Shown: positions 40,713-50,716, counted from the first letter of the stretch. The stretch is DNA of 64,000 bases from Candidatus Woesearchaeota archaeon (GCA_018646625.1 JABGUJ010000003.1:1-64000); one strand, 5' to 3'. A program made the numbers and translations. The notes: generated from the letters alone by a model not told the origin.

Positions 40713-41657
40713 ATGATTAGAAAGATTATACGATTAGGAACATCAACCTTAGTGACATCCCTACCGTCAAGATGGATTAAAGAACACTCCCTCAAACAAG
40801 GAGATGAAATAGTTCTAGAAGAAGAAGGTAAAAGTCTAAGAGTTAGCACAACAAAATCTGCAGAGACTGGAGCTACAGAAATAAACATAACAGATCTAGA
40901 CACAAAGCTCGTCGACAGATTCATTCGGGGAGCATACATAAAAGGATTTAGCGAAATAAGAGTAGTATTTCAAAATCAAGAAGTAAAAGAACTAAAGACA
41001 GGAAAGACACATCCAACTGTAGACATAATTCAGAAAACTGTCAACTCACTCTTAATAGGCATGGAAATCATAGAACAGAGGAACAACAGCTGTACAATCA
41101 AAGATATAACGGGTCACACAGATAATGAACTAGAAAACATTCAGAGAAGAATATTCTTATTAACACAATCAATGGGAGAAACTTGCTTAGAATTAGTAAG
41201 ATCAAAAGACAAAAACATAAGACTAAGATCAAATAAAGAGAACATATTCAGATTCACAAACTACTGTCACAGACTACTAAACATAAAAGGTCACACAGAC
41301 TACAAGAACGTTTCATTCTACTACATAATTATAGAAAAGATAAAAGAGATCGTCGACGCATATGAAGCAGTTGCAAACGACATAACTGAACTGAAAACAC
41401 AACCATCAGAAAATACAGAAAAAATTTTAGAACTAACAAACGAATGTTTAAGAACCACATATGAGTTATTCTACAAATTCTCATCAAAAAAATGTTTAGA
41501 ATTAATTAAAAAACGAAGAGAAGCATTCGACGTAGTAAACAAAGCAAAAACAGACAAAACAACAAAGAATATAGACTTCCTAATGATTGGAAGACTCACA
41601 GATATACTATTCACCACATTATACATCGCAGAAGCAAGAATAGGTATAGAATTCTAA
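40713..41657 (+). CDS. AbrB-domain / PhoU-like phosphate uptake regulator family protein
   Basis: N-terminal AbrB motif RKIIRLGTSTLVTSLPSRWIK..L..GDEI; AYIKGF, LIGMEIIEQ; helical PhoU-like C-terminus. Confidence 0.88.
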   Translation: MIRKIIRLGTSTLVTSLPSRWIKEHSLKQGDEIVLEEEGKSLRVSTTKSAETGATEINITDLDTKLVDRFIRGAYIKGFSEIRVVFQNQEVKELKTGKTHPTVDIIQKTVNSLLIGMEIIEQRNNSCTIKDITGHTDNELENIQRRIFLLTQSMGETCLELVRSKDKNIRLRSNKENIFRFTNYCHRLLNIKGHTDYKNVSFYYIIIEKIKEIVDAYEAVANDITELKTQPSENTEKILELTNECLRTTYELFYKFSSKKCLELIKKRREAFDVVNKAKTDKTTKNIDFLMIGRLTDILFTTLYIAEARIGIEF

Positions 41658-41719
41658 AACACCACTGACAAGTAGTGGCAAAAGCGAAAGCTTTAAATAT
41701 AGATAGTAGAACAGATATA

Positions 41720-41791
41720 GGCAAGTTGGGTTGGAAATACAGATAAAAGAGGCGTAGCCTTATCTGCTAAAAATAACCTAATTCTGAACAA
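41720..41791 (+). promoter_or_regulatory. structured 5' leader of the kinase gene (candidate cis-regulatory RNA)
   Basis: BRE/TATA (AAAGCGAAAGCTTTAAATA) ends at ~41699; nested stems AGTTGGGTT/AACCTAATT, CAGATAA/TTATCTG and GGC/GCC. Confidence 0.45.
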
Positions 41792-43516
41792 ATGACAACA
41801 GCAATAGAAGCAGTAAGACAATATTTCGGAGGAAATTTTGATAAGATTATGTTATCATTTCTAGCTGATGCTGCAAAAGAAGAAACAAGATCATTTCCCG
41901 AAAGAAGACAAAGACTTGATCAAATTGTTCAACATTTAAGATCAAAGGAAAGAACTCCAGTTGGTGCAGTATTTATTGGAGAATCATCTGCAACTTACAC
42001 AAATAAACAAGGTTTCATTGCATATTTATCAACATCACACGGAACTTTACAAAGAGAAGTTGTCACAATCAATAAAATTCTAAGTGAACTTGAAAGAAAA
42101 AAAGGTTACCAAGTTCCAGAACGTGTTTCAGGAGCAGTTCAAACCATAGAAGAACTTTGCGAGAGGGCTAAACTACCAACCGCAAAAATTCAAAGAGAAC
42201 TCACAAGAATAAGAACTACAACTTTAGGTGCAGGAGATGCACAAAGACATGCAGCATATCAAATTACACAAGCATGCGACAGAGCTTCTAGAAGTTTTAG
42301 TGTTCCAAACATGAGCGCAGTAATTAAAGTTACAAAAGATAAAGATGACGTAAGAAGATCATACAACATACAAAGACTACTGTCAGACTACGGAGTAGGA
42401 TCTGTTCTAGAACCAAGAAGAATGTCGGAAGGTCTAGATAATCCAATAACACGATTTTTTAGCAAACTATTAGGCATAGATCGATGCTTCATCATGGACT
42501 CATTCTCTAGTGGAAATAACATGTCAGAAGTATACTACACTTTAACTCCCAGAGCAAGAGATCAAACAGTAAGAGCCATAGTCTCAGATATTGTCGATAT
42601 AAACCACAGAACAAGAGATAAAGGAAATGGAAAGCAAGAGAAAGTTAAGAGCACCATCCCCGATAAAGCATATCAAAATGATTTTGAGACAAAGTATCTT
42701 ACAACAAGACAAAGATCAAAACCAGATACACTTACCGAAAGAATTAGAGAATTTTATACAACAAATATCGCAAATCCGTTAGAGCAAGACAATGGGATCA
42801 TACATAATGATCTACACTTTGATAACATAAGAGCGAGTGCAAATGGCAGAGAACTAGATGAATACCACTTAATAGATTTTGGAATGGCAAGAATAGGACA
42901 CTTATCTTCGGATTTACACAGAGTATTCATGGCAGCGAATGTATTCAGAGATCGAAAAGAAGAAGTATACTTGAAAGAAGCTCACAACATTGCAAAAATA
43001 AGATATGGATTCCAGGATACATACGAAGCATTCAAAGAAGTATGCGAGAAAGGATTCATACATGGAGATCTAAGATACGCAATGACTTGCAATTCATGTT
43101 ACAACTCAATAGAATTACATGGAAGAGAGAAGCAAGTAGTGGCAGACACAGCATCATTTTTCTACACAAGAGCTATTAAAAGATTGGAGAAAGCTGCAGC
43201 AGAACGAAGACTAGACACAACACAAACTTCAGAGTTCATAGAAAACTTAGAAAGACAGGTTGCACGTAACCCTACACTGCACATCAGAAAATTATCAGAC
43301 CCAGATTATCACAGAATGCAGAGAGCAAATTCACACTTAGAATCAGGAAGATTAACTGTTGAAGAATACCAAAAACAAATACAATCCAATTCATTCAAAG
43401 GAACTTATGACGTGGACAGAATGAATTGGAGAATAATTGCTCCATATCTTACACAACAAGCAGAAATATCAAATAGAGTGTCAGAAATAGGTAGAGCAAT
43501 AGACAGTAAAAGATAA
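41792..43516 (+). CDS. protein-kinase-like (APH/choline kinase family) phosphotransferase
   Basis: VIKV lysine, IIHNDLHFDNI catalytic loop, LIDFG. Confidence 0.8.
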   Translation: MTTAIEAVRQYFGGNFDKIMLSFLADAAKEETRSFPERRQRLDQIVQHLRSKERTPVGAVFIGESSATYTNKQGFIAYLSTSHGTLQREVVTINKILSELERKKGYQVPERVSGAVQTIEELCERAKLPTAKIQRELTRIRTTTLGAGDAQRHAAYQITQACDRASRSFSVPNMSAVIKVTKDKDDVRRSYNIQRLLSDYGVGSVLEPRRMSEGLDNPITRFFSKLLGIDRCFIMDSFSSGNNMSEVYYTLTPRARDQTVRAIVSDIVDINHRTRDKGNGKQEKVKSTIPDKAYQNDFETKYLTTRQRSKPDTLTERIREFYTTNIANPLEQDNGIIHNDLHFDNIRASANGRELDEYHLIDFGMARIGHLSSDLHRVFMAANVFRDRKEEVYLKEAHNIAKIRYGFQDTYEAFKEVCEKGFIHGDLRYAMTCNSCYNSIELHGREKQVVADTASFFYTRAIKRLEKAAAERRLDTTQTSEFIENLERQVARNPTLHIRKLSDPDYHRMQRANSHLESGRLTVEEYQKQIQSNSFKGTYDVDRMNWRIIAPYLTQQAEISNRVSEIGRAIDSKR

Positions 43517-43534
43517 CTCACAAATCATATTACT

Positions 43535-43617
43535 TCGGCAAACTTCATCGAAAGATTCAAGTGATCTACATAACCCAACCCAGATCACCGTATCCAAGAT
43601 GATGTTTCGCCGATTTT
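43535..43617. other. long interrupted hairpin between convergent genes (terminator or small structured RNA)
   Basis: Stems TCGGC/GCCGA, AAAC/GTTT, TCATC/GATGA and GTGATCT/AGATCAC; 14-nt loop; followed by a T-run on +. Confidence 0.5.
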
Positions 43618-44343
43618 TTAATTATACTTGCCACGAACATTAAAAACAAAAACTTCTTTATCCGTGTTAACACTTCTAGAAGGATCTAACACTTCAACAA
43701 TATTCCGTTCAGTAGTTACTTTATTCAATCTAGTTCCAGCACTATAACCTTTACCATACCCTTGAATAAACTTCTTTTTTTCTAATCCTCTAATCTCTTC
43801 ATAAGTTCGACCATTAGGTGATTTCAATTGCAACGCAGTCCGATACAAAGAATAAGGATTTTTGTAACTTCTAGACCTACCATCTTCAAACCCTATCCTA
43901 TAACCCAGATCACGACTATGTGGACCTCGTTCAGGAGACAAAGAATACAAGTTTAAATCAGTATATCTTCTCCTAACATTAGTTCCTATTACGCCAGGCT
44001 TGCTTTTTGCAACTTTAAGATTATCTTCATCCAAGAACCCTTTAGAACGACTCAAACTAGCACCATTCTTAGTAGAATAATAACCAAATCTATAACCCTT
44101 AAGATAATAAAACATATCAAAGTTCAAAGGATTCATTCCTTCAACATTAAGTTCCTTAAAAACTTGTAATCGATAACGCGGATGATTCATCCCATAAAGA
44201 TTCATAGTATCACCAGTCTCGGCATCTCCTACACCAGTCTGATAACCCATATCATAAAGTAAATCTTTTTCCACAGTTCCTGCAGCAAAAACACCTAAAG
44301 AAAGTACAAACACGCTTAGTAGAAGAAATCCAATAAATCTCAT
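43618..44343 (-). CDS. hypothetical secreted protein with GYxxG repeats
   Basis: Signal peptide; repeated YDMGYQTG, YLKGYRFGY, DLGYRIGF, QGYGKGYSAG; SD GAGGTGA. Confidence 0.75.
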   Translation of the reverse strand: MRFIGFLLLSVFVLSLGVFAAGTVEKDLLYDMGYQTGVGDAETGDTMNLYGMNHPRYRLQVFKELNVEGMNPLNFDMFYYLKGYRFGYYSTKNGASLSRSKGFLDEDNLKVAKSKPGVIGTNVRRRYTDLNLYSLSPERGPHSRDLGYRIGFEDGRSRSYKNPYSLYRTALQLKSPNGRTYEEIRGLEKKKFIQGYGKGYSAGTRLNKVTTERNIVEVLDPSRSVNTDKEVFVFNVRGKYN

Positions 44344-44431
44344 GAAATATCACCTCTTGATTAAGATAACCTAAAAACAGCGGTCGTACTATAAAAAGCT
44401 TTCATAAAAAAAAGAAATAAAAAAAATATTC

Positions 44432-45277
44432 TTAGCCGTCTCTCTTCAGCTTACCCGTTCTCATAGCATACTCTTCAGCTTTAGTAAAGCCCCAGATTCC
44501 TACCGGAATCAATACAACTCCACAAACTATCAAAGGTAACAGCACAGGAACAAACAATTCAGCAACGCCCGTCCCATGAATTATTGCTTCCCTCATACCT
44601 TGCAAAGTGTATGTCGCAGGACTAAACTTTGAAAACACTTGAAGCCATCCAGGTAATACGCTAATCGGATAAAAGATTCCACTAACCATAAGCAATACAG
44701 CATCAAAGATATGCACTACTTGGAAACCTTTCTCAGGAGCAATAATTGGAAATATCGCAGTCAAAGCACCAAAACCGACAAACGACAAACTTGCCAACAT
44801 CAAAACCAGCAAAGCCGAGCCAACATTCGCATTGCTAAGATCCAACTTAAGCACTAACGCCACCACTACCAACACCAAAGCAGTTCTAATTAATCCGTAC
44901 AAAACCGAAAACAGAGTCATACCCAAAATATGAACCACCCTTGAAACTGGCGCCATGAATGTATACTCGATTGTTCCTTCCCATCTTTCAATAGTCACCA
45001 AAAAGTTTGTTTCCAAGACAATCATTGACAGATATCCCCAAAGCAAACTTCCAGTTACCAGGAACAATGTTACTTCACTCACATTAATGTTCGCACTGCC
45101 AGAGAGTTTCTGCATTCCTGCACCTATGAAACCAACCGAAAGAGCTAACGCAATCGTGTACACTAACCAAACCAACTCCCACATGTAAAATCTAACATAC
45201 ATACGAAGCTGACGATAGATGAATGCGTAGCCCTTCTTAATCTCAAACCACAAATTACTTTTCTTCTTCATCTTCAT
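44432..45277 (-). CDS. ABC-2 type transporter permease
   Basis: About six TM segments, ERWEGTIEYTFMAP, SGIFYPISVLPGWLQ..SPATY. Confidence 0.92.
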   Translation of the reverse strand: MKMKKKSNLWFEIKKGYAFIYRQLRMYVRFYMWELVWLVYTIALALSVGFIGAGMQKLSGSANINVSEVTLFLVTGSLLWGYLSMIVLETNFLVTIERWEGTIEYTFMAPVSRVVHILGMTLFSVLYGLIRTALVLVVVALVLKLDLSNANVGSALLVLMLASLSFVGFGALTAIFPIIAPEKGFQVVHIFDAVLLMVSGIFYPISVLPGWLQVFSKFSPATYTLQGMREAIIHGTGVAELFVPVLLPLIVCGVVLIPVGIWGFTKAEEYAMRTGKLKRDG

Positions 45278-46260
45278 TCCTCTTGGTCTGACAATGATTT
45301 TCCGGTCAAATGCAAGAAAACATCCTCAAGCGTTGGCTTAACGGTATTGATCTGTTCAAAATCTAAACCGTTCAATTTCTGCACAACCTTAGGCAATATT
45401 TTCTTCTTCGACTCGAAAACAACCTTCTTATCTGCCACCTTAATGTCCAAAACTCCTTCGACATCCTTCAAAGCCAAGTAGACATCCTTCAACTGTGAAG
45501 TTACGATTTCGTACTTGTCATTTTCCTGAACAAGTTTCTTCAGCTCTTCCCCAGTGCCTTCTGCCACAATCCTACCAGAGTTCATTATAGCAATTCTGTC
45601 ACAAAGTGCATCAACTTCATCCATATCATGCGAAGACAACATAAGAGTCACATCATGTTTTTTTCGTATACTACGAATAAACATCTGAACTTCTTTCTTC
45701 GATTTAGGATCTAACCCAGTAGTAGGTTCATCTAACAAAAGTAATCTAGGAGTAGTCAAGAAGCCTCGAGTTATCGCAACCTTTTGCTGCAAACCTCTAC
45801 TATACTTCTCAACCGGCTCATCGTACTTTTTCATAGGAAAACCGATCTGCTTCAAAATCGCTTTAGCTTTCTTTTCCGCATCAGCAACGTCCATCCCATA
45901 AAGACGAGCAGCATAGATCAAATTCTCTCTAGCCGAAAGTCTTTTGAAAAAAGATGCCTCTACCGAAACTCTGTTTATGAGCTTCTTCACTGCAGCTCTA
46001 GACTTGTACACGTCTTTGCCGAAAACTCTTATTTCTCCCTTATCAGGAATCAGCAAAGTCGCAATCATCCTAATCAGAGTACTTTTACCACAACCGTTGT
46101 GACCCAGTACACCGTAGGTTTCTCCTTGCTTCACATCTAGAGTGATTCCAGAGATCGCTCTAAACATCTTCTTGCTCTTCCAAGGCAACAAACTCACCTT
46201 GTGGTTCTCGTCCACGAAACTTTTGGACACGTTTTTTATCCTCAATACATTTTTTGTCAT
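45274..46260 (-). CDS. ABC transporter ATP-binding protein (DrrA-like exporter)
   Basis: Walker A GHNGCGKST, signature YSRGLQQ, Walker B LLLLDEPTTGLD, H-loop, C-terminal PTLEDVFL. Confidence 0.95.
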   Translation of the reverse strand: MTKNVLRIKNVSKSFVDENHKVSLLPWKSKKMFRAISGITLDVKQGETYGVLGHNGCGKSTLIRMIATLLIPDKGEIRVFGKDVYKSRAAVKKLINRVSVEASFFKRLSARENLIYAARLYGMDVADAEKKAKAILKQIGFPMKKYDEPVEKYSRGLQQKVAITRGFLTTPRLLLLDEPTTGLDPKSKKEVQMFIRSIRKKHDVTLMLSSHDMDEVDALCDRIAIMNSGRIVAEGTGEELKKLVQENDKYEIVTSQLKDVYLALKDVEGVLDIKVADKKVVFESKKKILPKVVQKLNGLDFEQINTVKPTLEDVFLHLTGKSLSDQEE

Positions 46261-46427
46261 TTTTTCACCAATGGATCATTTTGGCGTTGGTATGATCATG
46301 AAATCACATTTGTATAGACTCCAGTCAAGGAGCATAGAGAACCCACAACGCAGAACATAGCTTTTTCCTGGAACAGAATCACTTCAAGAAGAAATGTTGT
46401 AAACAAGAATCCGGCTTGCGCTATGGA

Positions 46428-46529
46428 TTAAATGTTAAATGATGCCCCTGCAAGAATAATATCATAGGTCACTCTAACAAAGATAGGGCTTTCCACTTTG
46501 CATCCTTGAGTTGTTTGCTTGATTTGCAT
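46428..46529 (-). CDS. small ORF (33 aa, MQIKQTTQGCKVESPIFVRVTYDIILAGASFNI) upstream of the ABC operon
   Basis: SD AGGTG shortly before the ATG; TATAAATA on the minus strand at ~46575-46582. Confidence 0.45.
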   Translation of the reverse strand: MQIKQTTQGCKVESPIFVRVTYDIILAGASFNI

Positions 46530-46741
46530 TTTTACACCTAAATAATTTTTAACAACGTTAGTATTCATTACTACTATTTATAGTTTTCTTTTTTAGTCAC
46601 TTAATGGTAACAAAGATTATGCCAAAATACCCTGAAAGTGTAAAGAAAACCCCAAAACGCATCATATTTTGTAGACACTGTAACGTGATAATCTCCAAAA
46701 CATCAATCAAATTAATATAATAGTCTGAAGTTTCAACTCTC

Positions 46742-48307
46742 ATGTCTAAAACCGTCCACATCCCATTAAAAACAAACAATCAATCGATAAACATAGCTCT
46801 CGACACAATACAAATAGGCAAACAAGCATTAATATTTGTTAACACAAAACGTTCTGCAGAAAAATTATCAGAAGACATTTCTAAAAAAATAAAACATATC
46901 TCTCTTCCAACACTATCGGCTTCAATATTAAAAGCAGTTTCCTCGCCAACAAAACAATGTAGAAGATTATCTAAGATCGTGGAGAAAGGCGTTGCATTTC
47001 ATCACGCAGGTTTAGTTTCAAAACAAAGAGAGTTAATTGAAGATAAATTTAGAGAGGGTGTAATAAAAGTTATTTGCTGCACACCAACATTAGCATTTGG
47101 TCTTGATATGCCTGCATTCCGTGCAGTTATCAGAGATCTAAAAAGATTCTCTGTTGGGACATCATGGGGAATGACGGACATTCCAGTATTAGAATACATG
47201 CAAATGGCAGGCCGAGCAGGACGTCCAGGTAAAGAAGATTACGGAGAAGCAATCTGCATTGCACAAACAGAATCAGATAAAGACTTTATTGAACAGAAAT
47301 ATATTGAAGGAGAACCTGAATGTATTTATTCAAAACTCGCAGTTGAACCAGTGTTAAGAACATACTTATTATCATTAATCGCATCACACTTCGTAAGAAC
47401 TTATGATGACATCATAACATTCTTTTCAAAAACATTTTGGGCATACCAATTTGAAGACATGAACCGACTAGAAAGCATCATAAATAAAATGCTAAAACTT
47501 CTTGTTGACTTTGAATTCATAGAAATGTCAGAAACAACTGACGATTTTGTATCAGCACAAGAAATGGCAGAACGAAAAGTCAAAGCTACAAAGCTAGGAG
47601 AAAGAGTTGCACAATTATACATAGATCCACTAACTGCAAACAAATTGATTGAAGATATGAAAGCATCAGCGGAACAAGATCTAACCGCATTCTCTGTACT
47701 ACACATGGTTTGTTCAACATTAGAGTTAAGACCTTACTTAAGAATAAAGGCAAAAGAAGTAGACAAGATCGAAGAACGTTATGCAGAATTCGCAGACGAA
47801 ATACTCGCAGATGAACCTGAAATGTTTGAAGATCACTACTCCGACTTCATGGACTCCATTAAAACATCATTATTCATGTACGACTGGATCGAAGAAAAAG
47901 GTGAAGAATATTTGTTAGAAACCTTCGACATCCGTCCAGGAGAAATTAAAGCAAAATTAGACAGAGCAGACTGGTTACTCTACGCATGTGTAGAGTTATC
48001 CAAAATAATTGGATTAACAAAAGTGAACAAAGACATTACCAAAACAAGAATGCGGTTAAAGTCAGGAGTAAAAGAAGAACTACTCTCATTACTAAGACTA
48101 AAAGGCGTTGGTAGAATCAGAGCAAGAAAAATGTTCAACAACGGAATAAAAGATTTGAAAGACGCCAAAACATGCGATCTCACTAAACTCGCACAATTAA
48201 TCGGACGAGCAATTTCTTATAAGATAAAAGAACAACTAGGTCAAAAAGTAACACCAATAAAAGAAAACAAAAGAAAAGGACAAATTAATCTTAATGACTT
48301 TAGATAA
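46742..48307 (+). CDS. hel308: Hel308/Hjm (Ski2-like) helicase, C-terminal part only (RecA2, winged helix, ratchet, HhH)
   Basis: Motifs IV ALIFVNTKR, GVAFHHAGL, V TPTLAFGLDMPA, VI QMAGRAGRP, and GVGRIRARKM; no Walker A, DExH or SAT motif. Confidence 0.85.
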   Translation: MSKTVHIPLKTNNQSINIALDTIQIGKQALIFVNTKRSAEKLSEDISKKIKHISLPTLSASILKAVSSPTKQCRRLSKIVEKGVAFHHAGLVSKQRELIEDKFREGVIKVICCTPTLAFGLDMPAFRAVIRDLKRFSVGTSWGMTDIPVLEYMQMAGRAGRPGKEDYGEAICIAQTESDKDFIEQKYIEGEPECIYSKLAVEPVLRTYLLSLIASHFVRTYDDIITFFSKTFWAYQFEDMNRLESIINKMLKLLVDFEFIEMSETTDDFVSAQEMAERKVKATKLGERVAQLYIDPLTANKLIEDMKASAEQDLTAFSVLHMVCSTLELRPYLRIKAKEVDKIEERYAEFADEILADEPEMFEDHYSDFMDSIKTSLFMYDWIEEKGEEYLLETFDIRPGEIKAKLDRADWLLYACVELSKIIGLTKVNKDITKTRMRLKSGVKEELLSLLRLKGVGRIRARKMFNNGIKDLKDAKTCDLTKLAQLIGRAISYKIKEQLGQKVTPIKENKRKGQINLNDFR

Positions 48308-49597
48308 CTAAACAGCAGGTCTAAGAGCTTTCAACAACTCATCAGGACCAACTAGTTTCTCAACCCCATGATAATAACTTTTGTATAAAGCAGATGCCAA
48401 CAATATATGAGTTGCAGGCAAATAAGTGATAGGCACAGATATATTATTAGGATTTTGCACAACAGTATCCAAACACACAAACTCATCAATCTCAGTACGA
48501 GTATTAAATTTACCGATATTCTCACAAAGAGGATGTGTTGTCCAGGATTCTATTCTCACATTATCTACGTGATCAGGCGCATGTTCTCTAACAATATCTT
48601 TGATGTACTTAGCAATATCATCAACAGTTCCGCCGCTACTAACCATATCATCTGGAAGAATATAAAGAATCTTCTTACCTGATTTGGCCATCTCAATAAT
48701 ATGTCTTTCCTGAATTGGACTAAATGATTTGAAACCCTGAATCTCGACTTCACCATCACGAATTCTTCGTTTCAAGATATAAGCCATATCTTTTTTCTTG
48801 GCTCTACAGTTACCAACAAACGTTTCAACTCTACGCTCAGCCCCAGCATCGGGACAGACCATAATAACTTCATCATACTTACCTTTAATATCATTATACC
48901 TATTAACAAAAGGTTGCATTTGATGCGTTACTTTATGAGCAACATCCTCTTCCTCTCTACCGAATCCCAACTTTGCCCAAATAATATTTTTTGCAGAATC
49001 AAAAGGATCAAGAGAATGAACATCAAGACCAAAAGACCTTGCAAGCTCCTCTCCTTTCATTGAATGAGGATCCAACCACATCAAATCATCAATAGATTCA
49101 TTATGATAGTCTTCAATAATCATCCTTAAAGCATCCAATTCGATGTGACCTTGAGCGGCATACTTCTCCACACTATGAGATCTCAAGTAAGGACCATAAG
49201 GTAACGCCAAAGTCCTACGATGAATCGGAAGACCGGGAACTTGTTTAAGCCACCTGAAAAAACCTCTCACCTCCATATGCAAAGAATCAATCTGAGATAA
49301 TTCTTCAGTTGGCTGAAAAGAATATTGAACAAAAGCAACATGATTATTTGCAAACTGATTCCAAAGAAGATCAAGACCCGATCTTATCTCTCGTTCACCA
49401 CCACCACCGAAAGCACCAACTTTAAGCGGATCTCTACGAGTTTTTTCTTTTCCCATACCTTGGCCATGAGTCGAAACAATTCCAACCAATTCAGGATCTA
49501 GTCTGAAATCATGCATTAAAGAATTCCTAACTCTATCAACTAGAGAATGACTCTCACCTGAGCCTGGAACTAGAACCAATTTTGGCAAATTAACCAT
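48308..49597 (-). CDS. divergent ribose-phosphate pyrophosphokinase-like protein
   Basis: LPYGPYLRS, DPHS, CPDAGAERR, PRT motif DDMVSSGGT, TTHP. Confidence 0.75.
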   Translation of the reverse strand: MVNLPKLVLVPGSGESHSLVDRVRNSLMHDFRLDPELVGIVSTHGQGMGKEKTRRDPLKVGAFGGGGEREIRSGLDLLWNQFANNHVAFVQYSFQPTEELSQIDSLHMEVRGFFRWLKQVPGLPIHRRTLALPYGPYLRSHSVEKYAAQGHIELDALRMIIEDYHNESIDDLMWLDPHSMKGEELARSFGLDVHSLDPFDSAKNIIWAKLGFGREEEDVAHKVTHQMQPFVNRYNDIKGKYDEVIMVCPDAGAERRVETFVGNCRAKKKDMAYILKRRIRDGEVEIQGFKSFSPIQERHIIEMAKSGKKILYILPDDMVSSGGTVDDIAKYIKDIVREHAPDHVDNVRIESWTTHPLCENIGKFNTRTEIDEFVCLDTVVQNPNNISVPITYLPATHILLASALYKSYYHGVEKLVGPDELLKALRPAV

Positions 49598-49654
49598 TAA
49601 AAAACCCCCTGAAAAGCGATATAACTACTAAGATTCCTGACACAAATATATAGT

Positions 49655-50038
49655 TTACGCAAATCGATAGTTGTCCCTACTACTTGACGACTTTTTTCGG
49701 ATCCATCTAACAATAAGATTAACCACTGCAGAAACTTCACGTTCGTTTAGATGTTTATATTTAGGAATCCTATGCCAACGCTGCAAACAAGTTCTACAAC
49801 ATGTTGCAGTTGCATGCTGTGCAACAAAAACAGGATGCCCCCTATAAGGAGTTATCTTTTCATTATTTGTTGGCACAATTAATTTACTTCTAACTATTTT
49901 CTCAGCATGCTCTTTAATCTTATACTCCCCCAAATCATAAAACATTTTTTTATCTAGTGCAGATAATTGAAACTTTCGTCTAAACTTACTACTATTCAAC
50001 TTCACTAAAGGATCATATCGCATCAATTGTGTCCACAT
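49655..50038 (-). CDS. DUF4186 family protein
   Basis: SKFRRKFQL...TPYRGHPVFVAQHATATCCRTCLQRWHRIP. Confidence 0.88.
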   Translation of the reverse strand: MWTQLMRYDPLVKLNSSKFRRKFQLSALDKKMFYDLGEYKIKEHAEKIVRSKLIVPTNNEKITPYRGHPVFVAQHATATCCRTCLQRWHRIPKYKHLNEREVSAVVNLIVRWIRKKSSSSRDNYRFA

Positions 50039-50152
50039 GAAAAAAGAGAGAAAAACAGGGTTTATATAGCTCACACGAGGAAAAGTCCAGTGACCAGTGA
50101 AGAAAGCAAGCTTATGGAATAGTATATATAGGTAATAATATCTTAATAAAAT

Positions 50153-50716
50153 ATGGAATTAGGAAAAACACTATACGTAACTAATAGAAAACAATGGCGT
50201 TCATGGCTCGCTAAAAATCATAAAAAAGAAAAAGAAATTTGGCTTGTTTATTATAGAAAATCTTCTGGCGAAAAAAGGATTCCTTACAATGATGCAGTTG
50301 AAGAAGCACTTTGTTATGGTTGGATAGACAGCACAATAAAACGTATAGATGAAAAAAGTTTTGCTCAGAGATTCACTCCAAGAAGATCAAATAGTGTGCT
50401 TTCCCCAACCAACAAAGAACGCATCCATAGACTTATTGAAAAAAAGAAAATGACCACTAAAGGTCTCAATGCTGTTAAACATGCGTTTGATGCTTCATCA
50501 AAAAATTCAAAATGTATAATTAAAGATGATATTCTCAGATTATTAAAGGAAGAAAAAACAACTTGGGAGAATTTCCAAAAATTCCCTGAATCATACAAAC
50601 GTATTCGCATAGGATGGATAGAAGGAGCCAGAACTCGCCCTGATCTGTTTAAGAAGAGACTAGAATATTTTCTTAAGATGACTGCAAAGAATAAAAAATA
50701 TGGTATGGTGCAGTAA
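50153..50716 (+). CDS. YdeI/OmpD-associated family protein
   Basis: WRSWLAKNH, DAVEEALCYGWIDS, QRFTPRR. Confidence 0.88.
   Translation: MELGKTLYVTNRKQWRSWLAKNHKKEKEIWLVYYRKSSGEKRIPYNDAVEEALCYGWIDSTIKRIDEKSFAQRFTPRRSNSVLSPTNKERIHRLIEKKKMTTKGLNAVKHAFDASSKNSKCIIKDDILRLLKEEKTTWENFQKFPESYKRIRIGWIEGARTRPDLFKKRLEYFLKMTAKNKKYGMVQ

Noticed and set aside
43535..43613. Hairpin as a degenerate 5S rRNA or SECIS element
   Set aside because: Too short and lacks the 5S three-way junction and CCGAAC loop; no in-frame TGA in the adjacent genes.
46604..46720. 38-aa ORF in frame with hel308 as the missing N-terminus
   Set aside because: Separated by TAA TAG, has no helicase motifs, and is far too short for RecA1.
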